Source of the DNA: Tubulanus polymorphus
Taxonomy: Eukaryota; Animalia; Nemertea
Direction: 5' to 3'
DNA: 64,000 bases
Assembly (NCBI RefSeq): GCF_964204645.1
Contig: NC_134029.1
Span: 16,238,950-16,302,949, forward strand
Each line of letters begins with the position of its first letter. The stretch's first letter is position 1. A model generated the notes under the pieces. That model saw nothing but the letters and a program-made list of their open reading frames with translations. It ran no database searches and was not told the origin of the DNA. Position numbers and translations under genes: made by a program. Below, piece by piece: positions 1 to 12,060 of this stretch.

Positions 1-2167
1 ATCATCAACTAATGATTTTGATAAGTTATCTAATGAACTACTTAAAAATCTATATGAATCTATAAATCTTAGACAACCAAATTGGAAAGATATATAATTC
101 TCAGATGTTTTAGCTAACATTCTAAATTTATAAGTTGGTATTTTATCTTTTGATCTATTTGAATTTAATATTTCTATTTCATTATTGATTTCTTCTATTT
201 TATGACATAACTGTTTGATGAATAAATGCGCGTCATACCCCGATAGATTATGAAATATAACTGGTACAAAGTTAATTTTCTTAGCTTGTAAGTTACAATT
301 CTCATGTGCAGCGCCTCTAAACTTTCCATTCAAATGATCATGGTCTCTTACTTTTTTATCTTTATAATTAAATATCTTTTCACAATAATAACATTTATCT
401 GCAAACTCAAATTCTTCTTTATCTTCTTCTGTCATAATTATTTCTTTATTTGTATTCAATAATTTACTAAATCTTATTTCATATTCAATTAATAAGTCAC
501 AAAAATGATTGATAACATTTTCATTTCTATAATTATAATATTCACTTTCGATTAGTTCTGGATAATTAGATTTAATATATAACCCGAAAGCTGCAGCTGA
601 TTGATGAATCTTTTTAATTGTATTTGTTTTTGGTGGGTCTTCTGAATAATCACTTTCATTAGAATTTAATTTCTTTCTTTTATAATATATATCTTTTCTA
701 TCTTCTATATTCAAAATCTCGATATATTACAAATGGTACTTTATTTTTGTAATCATATTTTTTGAATTCTAATATTTTATCTTTTTCATTTGGTAAAACT
801 AATTTACAATAATCATGATTATCACATAGTTGTTTATGATTTAATAATGTACTTTCATTACTGAATCTATGTAAACATTTTCTACATAGATATATTTTAT
901 GGTGATCATTTTCTGATTTGAAAAATAAATCTATTTGTTTAATCCACATGTAATGATTCTCATAATATAGTATATCTATAACATCATTTGAATCATAATC
1001 TTTTGATAGGTATAAAGGTTCTAATGTATAATGTTTAATATTATTTCCTTTTGTATTTGGTAATTTGATTAAATCAAATACATTTATCTTTATATTATTA
1101 TCTCTTTCTATTTTTGGGATGTTTTTAATTCTAACAGGATACTTATCTATCTTATAATTACTTTCAAATGGTTTATAATGAGTTAATCTAAAACTATGTG
1201 TAATATCTTCTGTTGGATGTAAACAACTTATTATAGCCCATAGAAAACATTTATCATCTTCATTTTGTATATTTATTACAGCATTAGTTTTAAATGGTAG
1301 TTTAATATAACTCGATGCTTCAATATCTGGTTCTTTATAATATGATACATTATTTTCATCAATTGGTTTTGATTTAGTTAACTTATTATATTTTGTGTTA
1401 TAAACATGTAAAGTCATAAATATTATTTCATCAAATATTAAACCTGATCCTTCAAAATATTTCTCTTCTATTTTACTTTTTATTTCATTATAACATTTAT
1501 TTAATTTATCATCTATATGTTGTTTAGATATAATATGTTGTGAATGAGAATTTATATTATATATTGGTTTATCTTCAGATTTTATAAACTTTACTTTAAC
1601 TGATATACTAATTTTAGGATATTCAACGTCTGTAATTATTTTTATTATTTCTTTCATATTTTCTAAATGTTTTTTATTTTCTTCTAATGTTTTACCTTTA
1701 TGAAATTTAAACTCGATAGCTGCTGGACCAATATCACTTTTAAATGCTTCGGTTATCTCTATATCTTTTTTATTATCTAATGAATTAATATAATTTCTTA
1801 CATCTTCCATGTATGGCCTTTTATTGTTTAATTTATTTTTTATTCTTTTAATTGTCTTCTGTTTCTTATCGTTATCATTATCAAAATAATCTTCACCTAA
1901 AATATCATTATTCTTATTTCTAATATGACTTATAGATTTTAAATGTTCTTTATAATATCTTTTATCACTGAATGATTGATTACATGTATCACATTTGTGT
2001 GTTTCTTTTTCATCCTTTAATTCTTCTAATTTATTTTCTAATATATCATCTTCATATTCTAATTTCAATTTATTCTCTAAATGTGTTCTAGTTTTATTGT
2101 GTCTTGCTTTTTGGGATTTATCTATATCGATATTACATGTTGGGCAGTAGTACTTATTTGCTTCCAT
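1..2167 (-). pseudogene. Protein-primed B-family DNA polymerase, N-terminal part (C2H2 fingers, exonuclease start, endonuclease VII-like insert); frameshifted near 700
   Basis: ORF 698-2167 matches 29741-30631 plus 28515-29414; the reading continues in another frame with VRDHDHLNGKFRGAAHENCNL and FHNLSGYDAH; short deletion after 'YRDFE' relative to copy B. Confidence 0.88.
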
Positions 2168-2251
2168 TTTAATACTATATTTTTTATTAAAATTGATTTT
2201 AGAAGTTCAATGATTTAAATGTTATTCATATATATATGAATAACATTTAAG

Positions 2252-2458
2252 AGTAATAGGGGTAATGGGCTTTCATATCAAAGGTCGAAAGGTTGAGGTT
2301 GATAAATATTCCAAATGTTAAAATAATAATAATTTCTACTTGAATTAGGAGTGTACGCGACTAATTCAAGTAGAAATTGTTGTTATTTTAACATTTTGGA
2401 AAATTTCTCGGGCTCGACCTTTCGACCTTTGGTATGAAAGCCCATTACCCCTATTACT
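2252..2458. repeat. 207-bp terminal fold-back palindrome of Polinton copy A
   Basis: AGTAATAGGGGTAATGGGCTTTCATA... pairs with ...TATGAAAGCCCATTACCCCTATTACT; arms run to TTCTACTTGAATTAG/CTAATTCAAGTAGAA around a small loop. Confidence 0.95.
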
Positions 2459-3449
2459 GTGTTGAATTTGGGTCGTAAATCTTTACACTCTTTACACTCT
2501 CGATACATACAGTCTGCATCATTGACAGAACAGCAAATTGAATGTATCAGTTCCTCGGGATTCGGAGTTGAAATGACTTTAAGACGATACAGTCTATCTG
2601 CCATGAGATTTATATTATCATGAATTCGACAGTTACATGTATTGAGATCTGAAGCCTTTGGGTGTACCACCCAAAATGGTTTGTTTTTGCAAAAGAATGG
2701 ATATGATATTCTAAATGACGTCTTTTTCTTTCAAATTCACCCGGTTGTAAAAGATGATGAGAAACTTGTAAGCGCTTCTCAGCATGGGAAACGAGACCGT
2801 ATTTCTTGAGGTATGAAGTACAGAATGCTTTCCGCAAAAGTTGCCCTTCCCGCTGAGTTTTGATAGCGCGGTATTTAGTACGGATCGAGTCCTCCAAACA
2901 ATATGCAAAAGTCAAGTGTTTTTGTACCACATTCTTATGCAAAACTAACATCCGCTTGGCCTTTGTTTTTGGACTTTCAAATGTATCACGTGAAGTTTTA
3001 AAGTTTGTCTGTGCCCTCTTATATCGCTTCTGAACTCGTTTTACAGCCCTTTGTGCACACGCCAATTGGACAGTTAGTTTATCAATCTTTCTATATGCTT
3101 TGCTGCGATCTCTTCTAACTTTTTTACGTCCACGGGTCTTATTCGAGCCACTGGACCTGGAATCTAGTTCATCGAAAGGACTTGAAGGAGGTGTTATCAG
3201 ATTTTGCACCTCCTTTACTCTATTTCGGTGAGTCCTTTGATCTTTACGCCATCGTTTTCGTTGTGTTCTCTTCTCTCTCGAGTTCATATCATCCATCAAT
3301 TTACGTTTCCCAGCTTCCTTTCTTTGTTTATTACGCTCGCGTTCTGATTTTAGGTAGTTTTCATATGTTGCTGGGTCGGCCTTTTTTCTATCGCGGCAAC
3401 GTTTTGCTCTTTCTTTACCGCTCAAAGGGTTTTTCTTTTTAGGAGGCAT
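2459..3449 (-). pseudogene. DNA transposase N-terminus, Sola2-like, frameshifted and interrupted by Polinton copy A
   Basis: Basic coiled N-terminus (ERAKRCRDRKK), then PFWVVHP..TCNCRIHDN..ICCS..CMYRECKEC in a second frame; repeated GTTAYGGTACTGA subterminal motifs at 3858-4083. Family call is from motif recall. Confidence 0.6.
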
Positions 3450-4619
3450 CTGAGAAAAAGAATATGAAAAATTGATTATATAATTGTAGGTTACCGATAA
3501 TCAATATTAGTGTACTTATTTGTAATTGATGTGTTATATGCTGACACACTTTGGGATATAACAATAATCGCCGATTATCAATAACATGTTGTTGACGTTT
3601 GGATCTTCTACGCTAACGACTATAGATTAGAATCATGTGGAATCTGGTTTGATTGAAATCAGTTAAAAATTATTTTGGCATTGAAAACTATGTTAATTCT
3701 GTAAATCTGGGGAGGCCTAGAATTAATCAGATTATTACAACGGTACTTTGAAATGACTATTACGTGACTACTTAAGATTTAGTGCATCACCCTCATTTTG
3801 AAAAATACAATTATCCCACAATCAACACAGGTAATCACAAGTCTCATTGATTTCTGTCAGTACCATAACGAATAGTCAGTACCGTAACAGTAGTATGCGT
3901 TATGGTACTGATGTTACGGTACTGACGGTTGACAACAAAATTCATTGAATTGGCCTTTAAAACAAGGAGTGTGAAGCCATTAGAGCGGACTAAATACTAC
4001 TGCCCCCAGTAAGTTCTTAGAGCTACATGAGTACAATTCCACTGGACCACATTTTCTAAGTATTTTCTTCGTTACGGTACTGATATCCAATTTACATACT
4101 ATCGGCTAAATACCACAAGAATGAACCAAAAAGTGAATATTTACCTGGGGTGATCTTGTTTTTGCTTTGAAAAATGGCGGCTGTCTCTATTCACAAGTCT
4201 CCCATGATGCCTTGACGTCATGCGCAACAGCGCCAGTAATGAAATCACGCTTCGTGAAGCCAGGGGGGCTGGTGGAAGCGAGTTCGGGAGTGATACCTGA
4301 CCCCTGGCAAGCGAGGATGTGTACCGTCCTGTATTGATGTTGATATTTGATTGCATCTCCTATACATGTATATATGTTTTGTAATTATTCGGAGCAATAA
4401 AATAAAGAGTTCAAGTTCAAGTTGCTTAACTTCAGTGTTCGGATGAGAACCCATGCTTTCAACGTGTACCCTATGGTCGTAGACAACGAAACTGAAAAAT
4501 GTACCCCCTTGGATTGTCTCCTCAGCTCGTAGTCTCTTTTTCATAATTTCATAAGTCATCGGTAGCTTGTTGAAATCCCACTCTGTTTACACACCGAATA
4601 TGATCACCAAAAACCTTAA

Positions 4620-5270
4620 GCCGGGCGCACACTAGGCGATTTTTAGTCGCCAATAGAAAGATTTTAAATCGGCAATTTCTATTAAATCGCTGTCCTTCAG
4701 CGACCGCACATTAGACGATTTTTATCACCGAATCGCAGGCATCCTCGCTTTCCAGGGCTTGTTGATTCACATCCACTGGAGCTCACGCTAAAACAAACCC
4801 TGGCCGCAAACCCTTCGTATGGTCTATTACATTGCCCATTTCTTGGCTGGACAGCGTCCAGTCTATATATCAGTCCACTAATTAGATGCGTGGTAATTAT
4901 GTAGTTTTAACAAACGTGCCGGGAAAAATCAATGCATCTGTTTGGCTAGATATATAGACTGGTGGGCGTTGAGTGTTCACCTGTCCGCACAAGAAATCTT
5001 GGGCTTTGTAACCATGATTATGAAGGGTTGCGGCCAGGGTTTGTGTCGACGTGAGCCCCGACGAGCGGCAATCTAACCCCGGCAATCGAGGATGAATCGC
5101 AGGTCGTGAAGTGGTGCCACGTGATTAAAAAATGGCCGCATTTCATTTTCGGTTGTGGGGGTCGCCATTTTGTGAATGCACATGATTTCTAATTGGCACT
5201 GATTGGCTGTTTCTAATTAGATTCGAAGCGATTCGTCGCTAGTAGCCGCACACTAGGCGATTTGCTGCCA
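4620..5270. mobile_element. Harbinger-like MITE remnant hosting the 4740-5094 insertion
   Basis: TTAA-GCCGGGCGCACACTAGGCGA terminus; CGCACAYTAGRCGA motif recurs at about 4706 and 5247. Confidence 0.45.
4740..5094. mobile_element. Non-autonomous DNA transposon with 9-bp TSD (AcademH- or MULE-like MITE)
   Basis: TIRs CATCCTCG...CGAGGATG; AATCGCAGG duplicated at 4731-4739 and 5095-5103. Confidence 0.8.
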
Positions 5271-5586
5271 ATCCTTGTCTTGAGAAAAAAGGGAATAAGA
5301 AAAAAAGATATGAGAATGAAATAGAACATACAGTCGAGATTAATTTGTAATTGATGAGTTGTGTTGATCATAGAAGATGAGAGTAGAGGATCAGTTCAGA
5401 AGTTGATTTGGTTTATTTTAGTTTTGGTTGAAGTTTATTTTAGTTTGCCCTATTGGTCTGTGGTATGATGGCCAGGTATATAGGCTGGAGGTTTAAGTAA
5501 GCTATTTTCGGCCCATTGAATACGCATGTATGCGTAGCTTTTCATGGATTCGTCTTTTTACCCTCAGTCGGCTCTATTATGTTAAG

Positions 5587-6328
5587 TTAGTATGAGTTTG
5601 TGCGTTTCGGTCGAGAGCATTCAGTCCTGCCTTCAGTTTTGCGTTTTTGCATCGCCGGAGATGCGGTATCACGATCGGCATCTTTCATCTGAAAATACGA
5701 CGGCAGGCATTCGTTGTGCTTCACATCCCTCGCTGCCTTCTTATGCCGCGCGCTATCCGGGTGACGAAGAATATCTTTTTTCCCGCCACTACCGTATTTG
5801 ACCTGGTCTTTACAAACGACGCAGTACGCCACGCCAGCTAAGTCTAACTTACGAATGTAGTTCGATAAGTAGTCCCCGTTACTGTCCTTCCACTCTAGCC
5901 AGTGCCAGTTAAATTTATTTTTATACCGCTGTCAATTGCCTTTATATCGGCCGACTCCCGACTGAAAATCTTTCCGCGCGTGCTCATTTTGCAGACCGTC
6001 CCGCTTGACAGCTGCAGGCAAAAAGAAAGTTACAAAGCTGCGTGCCTCAGGACATAGCACGCGCGTGGTAATAATTAAGATGATATTTATTAAATATCAT
6101 CTTAATTATTAATCTTAATTACGCACGCGCACAGATACCACAACAAGCACACATATATACATTGTAGCAGAACGTCCTCGGAAACGGAGACCAAGATAAA
6201 ATAACACAGAAGCGACGACGAGTACAAGCAAACGAACGCTTTTACGGTCCGTGCCATTACTGGTCGCCTCGAGGAATTCTCACCAAATTTCCGAAATTCC
6301 GGATATTTCCGGAAAACTAGCATCTCTG
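5587..6328 (-). mobile_element. hAT-like transposon 5' fragment with BED-type zinc finger
   Basis: Terminus CAGAGATGCTAGTTTTCCGG at 6328; ATG 5987, 1-nt frameshift, then FNWHWL...AYCVVCKDQVKYGSGGKKDILRH...H. Confidence 0.6.
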
Positions 6329-6739
6329 CTTGACCGCTGATACAGATTTTGTGAGGAGAATCATCTATTGTGAGAGAAAATAGAAAATAAGGGATTTAAA
6401 AAGTGGGAAAGAGGAAAGAAATTTTGTATCCATATCGCCTAAACGGAGTGTACATAAATTGCTAGACTTTCTTCGTCTGCAGACAAACAGACCAGAATCC
6501 GTTTTCGCATCTAACACCGTAAAATATCTTTCGCACCATTTAGCTTAGGGAGAATATCGTCGATCGTTTTCATGGGAAAGTGATCTTTCTCTTTTTAGTG
6601 CTCTATTGAGATCTTATGGGTCCACACAGTCGTACATTCCCATCTCTCGTTGACACCACAACTAAACTTTTGACCCATTCAGTCGGTTCGAAGACTCTTT
6701 CCGCCACCCGATAAATTCCTTATCCGGTAAGGAGTAATA

Positions 6740-6960
6740 TATTCCAGTAGCATACGGATCAAAGTCGTTAACAATATCGCAACAGAACTATGCTCAAATA
6801 GAAAGAGAAATGTACGCCATAGTAGCTGGTTGTGAGAAATTTAGGGACCTATAATCATAAACCGTAAGAAATAATTTTTCAAAAACCACTACACCAGGCT
6901 CCTTTGAGTGAGGTTACAAACCATGCTGCTCAAAGTACAGCAGTATCAATTACATGTATT
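6740..6960 (+). pseudogene. Gypsy/Ty3 LTR retrotransposon pol remnant (RNase H-like region)
   Basis: Translates PVAYGSKSLTISQQNYAQIEREMYAIVAGCEKF ... RLQTMLLKVQQYQL. Confidence 0.8.
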
Positions 6961-6997
6961 AGCCAGGCCTGCCTTAATTCGCAGCGAAAATCGCATA

Positions 6998-7285
6998 GGG
7001 CGAACTCTTTTATCAGATCGGAGAATCCGTTTGCCTCCAATCGTACTCTTTTATTGGTCACGTGACTTTTTGGAGTCTCCGAAACCTCCTTTCTGTCGAG
7101 GTGGCGTGGTTCGGATTTTGTGTAGAGCCAACCAGAGATTTCGGACGGAGACTTCGGAGGTCATAATAGAGTACGCCCATAGGGCGTACTCTTTTATAAA
7201 AGAGTACAATAAAAGAGTACGATTGGAGGCAAATGGATTCTCCGATCTGATAAAAGAGTTCGCCCATAGTGTGTTCGGGGCTTAA
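6998..7285. mobile_element. Harbinger-like palindromic MITE, left end truncated
   Basis: 59-bp inverted repeat 6998-7056 / 7207-7265; right end ...AGTGTGTTCGGGGC-TTAA. Confidence 0.6.
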
Positions 7286-7764
7286 AGTAACAAGTGGGCT
7301 AAAAAAAGGGATGCAATGTCATTGCTACAGAGTTAAGTTATGATGTAATGACGTGTACAAATCAGAATAAAAACATTCGAGTATTGTCGGTAGCCGAGAA
7401 CGGATGTTCATTGTTTTTGTCTCAGGATGGAATCTCGCTCGAGCATCACAGGCTCCTGATTTAACATATATAGCAATGTCTCTGTTCGTTGACTCAATAT
7501 TAGTGAAGGTTTCAAACCCAACTGAGCTGTTAAAGATCGTGTGTGTCTGTTGTCGAAGTCGAACCTAGTACTCTTGGGTTTCACTTCCGTGTTGCCTATC
7601 ATATCTGGCTCATGAATAACTTTCACTGTTTATAAGGAGCTCTGTATCCAGTTCAGGGCCATAATAACTCGTGGTGGTCAACAGTAAGCTAAATTGGTCC
7701 CTTGATAACTAATCAAACAAGCAAATACCAATAATGACAGATAGTTACCAATATTTTTATACTG

Positions 7765-8253
7765 AACTAGAACGAGGCAAAGCCTCGAATGCCCCCAGCC
7801 TGAAATTCACCGCCACGTGAAGTTTCAGGGTTTGTGGTAAATGCATTAGAAATATCGGGCCCACAATTATTTCTAAAAGAATGATATTAGAGAACATGTG
7901 TACAAAGTGTAAAAAATTGATCAACAGTTGCAGCCTCTAGGCGGTTTTCCCCTGATGGCCATAATTTGAATCAGTCAACAATTGCGGCCTCTAGGCTGTT
8001 AACGTTGTTTTTCATGTCAGCCCCTGGTGGCCATAATTTAAATCGAATCAACCCAATTTTGAATAGGGTTCTGGCCCAAGTGATACCCCACTGGTGTACC
8101 AAGTTTAAAAAGAATCGGTCAACAAAACCGCCTCTAGGCTGTAAACATCACTTGCGCGGCGTTGGTGGCGGCGGCGGCGTATTCAGACAGGGGTTAATCA
8201 ATATGCCCCCTCTCAACTCTCGTGACCTCAAGGCGAGCCGGGGGCATAAAAAA
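7765..8253 (-). mobile_element. Helentron-associated non-autonomous element (HINE/DINE-1-like), family 3
   Basis: Minus strand starts TTTTTATGCCCC with short IR, has (CGC)n microsatellite, ends GGGGCAT + stem-loop CGAGGCTTTGCCTCG + TTCTAGTT. Confidence 0.7.
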
Positions 8254-9079
8254 GGGTCACCATATTTGACGGGGTCCTGAAAAACCATTTGGGATGGAGT
8301 GACCATATACATCGGTTCACCAAAATAATCATTTAATCAATTTCCCATAATTGACAGTTCACAAAAAAATCATATAAATGATTAATAACTAATAATCAAT
8401 TAACAATTTATTCGTCAGAGTATCTAAGTAATTGGCAGTCTGATCCATATCAAGTTTGCAGAAATGAAAAACAGCAATTTTTATGGTATATTCAGCTCAT
8501 TTAACAATCATTTTTTTCATTTGCCACAGTTTTAGAAGTGAATAACAATAAAAGTATTTTTCAAATTAGCAAATAAACATGTTTTAACGATATATATTTA
8601 GCAATGAGAAATACATTCCATCCTCTATAATGTAATGAAATGTAGATTAATCAGCACATATACAATGCTTTAATACTGAAAGTTGATATGAGTTTGACAG
8701 CATCAAATGGCTGCCTACGTACACACGTGCAACCCGTCTTCAAACATGTGCTGCCCATCCCTCTGAAATAAAACTCTTCTTCACAAGTAACGCCCTTATC
8801 AATGCTGACCGCTTCCATCTCTACACATGGTGTCCATTTCCCATTCCATGGTGCCTCTCCTGGTTGAATGGTCAATGGTCTCACATCATATCAGCACGCG
8901 TAGCATACCTCTCAGTGGTCATCTTAACATCTCATTGTTGAAGGATTTACAGTTTCAACCACTATTCACACGCACTAAAATTAATGATCACAAACCCTGA
9001 AATCCATTGATGTTTTTCTCTTATACTCATCATTATAATTAATATACTTTGGACATTATATTTGGTTAATCTCATTACC

Positions 9080-9144
9080 TTAACTAGATGTTGGTACTTT
9101 GAAAATTGGATTTGTATTACTCGAATCAGTTTCTGTGACAGCTT
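9080..9144 (-). CDS. Clock: Clock, putative last coding exon (EAVTETDSSNTNPIFKVPTSS*)
   Basis: tttttag acceptor; phase 1 matches upstream donor; ends TAA. No homology support. Confidence 0.55.
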
Positions 9145-9975
9145 CTAAAAATAAGATGTGAATATCATGAGATCCAATGCGTGTTCAATGGGTATTCAAA
9201 TATGAGCAGAAAAAAGGTCACACAACACACGACAGCCATCTTGAGTCCGATCGACCCAATTACATTCTCGTGCTGATGCAAAAATATGTGGAAAAATCAA
9301 GATATTCAATCAAAGCCTTTTTCAAAATTTCCCTTGAAAATTTCAGAAATGTGTTAAGTGCCGATTTGGGGGAACTGCCAGTCGTCCATTTCGATTCTGA
9401 TCGGGTCAGTTTTCAGGACGAAATGAGAATGCATAGATATCTATGAGTGATTCACAGTCTCAATTGATGACACACCAAATGGTGGAGCACCATGTATGTC
9501 AGCCCATTATGTTCGAAAATATGGTGACCTGACCACCAAGACTCATGTAACCTTGAAAATATGCACAAGTAAAGGGTGTACCATTCCATAGGCTGCATAT
9601 CTGAAATATATCATTGTTCTGAAATATGTTTCGTTTACAAGGTGATCTTCAAGTATTCAGCACTCCCTGGTGGCCATATAGAATATCATGTGACCTTGAA
9701 ACTTTGTGCAGGGGCTAATCATTCCACCATCTGCAACAACATCATTATCAAATTAGCTTCATTTAGAGGTTTATCAGACATCATCTTTTTCATGTATTAC
9801 GCACCCAAGGAAACAAATGTGGCCACCAGTCAGCCATCTTTGATCCAACCACAAAATAAAACTACATATAAAAACATACTTATGTTTTCAATTACAATAG
9901 AGAGCCAATAGTTTAGATCTCTGGACTAGATTGGTCCATGGACCAGCTAGAGAACTAACACTATAGTGTACGTAC

Positions 9976-10153
9976 CTGCTGGGGATTGGATAGGAATCAT
10001 TTGTTGAGTAAGGATCAATTTTTGAGTGATTGATTGTAATTCTTGTTGTTGACTGATAATCACTTCCTGCAATTTCTGTTGTTTTTCATGCAGCTGATGA
10101 AATAATGCCAATTGCGTCGGAGTCATATTGAAACTAGCCAGAGTTAGAGGCAC
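9976..10153 (-). CDS. Clock: Clock exon encoding the exon-19-like coiled coil
   Basis: ag/gt bounded; HQLHEKQQKLQEVIISQQQELQSITQKL resembles the CLOCK delta-19 region; phase 0 start joins exon 33559-33675. Confidence 0.85.
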
Positions 10154-10614
10154 CTAGATGTAAAAAATTCAATGATTCTCATTACAACATATTACACATG
10201 TATTACAATACATTACATTGACTGGAAGGAAATGTTAGAAGAGGTTGTCTGTTTGAGTAGCTGTTTAGGATCAACCATGTTGATGCTTATAGAATGAGTT
10301 CTGAGAGTAACTTTTTGTTAGCTCTGTGTGGCACAAGTTGTAACCACTGAATATAAACAGCTGATATTTTGTCATTAGGAGGGAAATAGGGGAAAAATTA
10401 CAATTTTTGGAACTAAAATTTGTATTTCCGAGTAGTACTTACCCTTTCCTATGGTTTTTGCCAATATTTTCTAAATTTGGATTGATCGCCAATGGTTTTT
10501 CTATACGACCCGGCCCTGCGGTATTGCATTTAGCCACCGACGAAATCCGCCATCTTTTTACGTCATAGCAGACCAAAAAAAACAGCTATGCGGGGCAGGT
10601 GGGCGGGATTCCCA

Positions 10615-10711
10615 CCATAGGAAAGGGTAAGTACTATTCGGAAATACAAATTTTAGTTCCAAAAATTGTAATATTTCCGTCGAGTACTGTACCCTTTCCT
10701 ATGGTTTTTGC
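10615..10711. repeat. DIRS internal complementary region (ICR)
   Basis: One half is complementary to the 3' end (10397-10454), the other half to the 5' end (32199-32236); joined at TTGTAATATTTCCG. Confidence 0.9.
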
Positions 10712-10969
10712 TAGACTAGCCTAGCACAAGGATGGTGGGAAAGGTAGATAGAAAAACCACCGCTCAAACGCAAGGTAAGAGGGAAAAAGAGAGCACTTAC
10801 CCAAGCACGGAATGGAGCACTGTAGCACAGGGAAGACCGGTTGGCCACAGTGAGTCCGTCCAGCTCAGGGGCCCCCCCAGAATTTTGCGAAATTAATACT
10901 TGCAGATATGAGCCCAAACTATGTACAAGGATACACCCCCTGTGATCCTGATAATGCAACATAAATATT

Positions 10970-12060
10970 CTACACTAAAGGGTCCGATCGGAAAGAACGG
11001 ACACCTTGAGCCATGACAACAGGACCAAGTGAAGCTAATGAGCCTAACTGGCCTGAAACATCCCGTAAATAAAATGACGTGAATGTCGATGGAGAATTCC
11101 AAAAGGCGGCCCGACAGACTTCCTCCAACGGAGCACCAGAAAAGGCTGCGCAGGAAGTAGCCATAGACCTCACTTGATGAGAAACCACTCCCTCCGAGGA
11201 TAGATTCTCCTTCTATAAAATGTCCTCGATCAGTGAAAAGACCCATCGGGCCACTGTGTCCCGTGAAATATCACCCTTTAGGTGATCCAGCAGCGGAATA
11301 AATAACCGCTCCCGTGAACCCCTCCGTGAAGCAGAGCGATCTAAATAGAAACACAACGCCCGCACAGGACATAAAGTCCTGTCCGGGATGCCCGGTTCCA
11401 CTCGATGTTTTAGGGCTTCAATTCGCCATTGACGCCCAACCGAGCCCGGTCGTTGGTTCTTTGCCAAAAATTCCAAAGCAGGCCACACTGAAACAAATTC
11501 CTTCGCTGGCCCAAATACAATATGACCTTGTCGGACTGAAAGCGCATGAATCTCAGAGCGACGGGCCGAGCAAGCCAAGAACAGCAAAAATACAGTCTTT
11601 TTTGACAAATTTGCAAATGACGCTGCCGAAAGAGGTTCAAATGGAGCCTCCATTAACTTCTTCAAAATTACAGACAGATCCCATGGTGGAACTCTCCTTG
11701 GTACCCAAGCTGGGAAATAGAAAACCCTGCAACAAGCTGGGATATCCGATGATCCCCTGCTACATTTGGCCATCCAGAAGCACGCAATGTATGAGAAATC
11801 GCGGAGCGGTAACCTTTAATAGTTATGACCTGCAAACCTTTTACTACAAATAGGTGCAGTAAAAAATCTGCCAATTGAGCTACAGAGGGTGAGCATGGAT
11901 CAATTTCCCCTGCAGCACACCAATCCGCAAAATGACTCCATTTGGCATCGTAAATGGAACTTGTTGATGGCCGCTTAGATCCTGCGATAAAGGAGGCAGC
12001 CTGTTCTGATAAGCCTGAAGCGGACAAGGATCGCTGGAAAATGGCCAGGCGAGCAGATTT
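10970..12060 (-). pseudogene. DIRS tyrosine recombinase, frameshifted
   Basis: SAM-like SIYDAKWSHFADWC; catalytic SARRSEIHAL, LCPVRAL, HQVRSMATS, AAFW..STF..FY spread over three frames. Confidence 0.88.

Larger units (their letters stand above)
1..2458 (-). mobile_element. Maverick/Polinton-like endogenous virus, copy A (pPolB end only; continues beyond window start)
   Basis: Closely similar to 28447-30983; very AT-rich; ends in ...CCCCTATTACT at 2458, where composition shifts into a transposase ORF. Confidence 0.9.
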
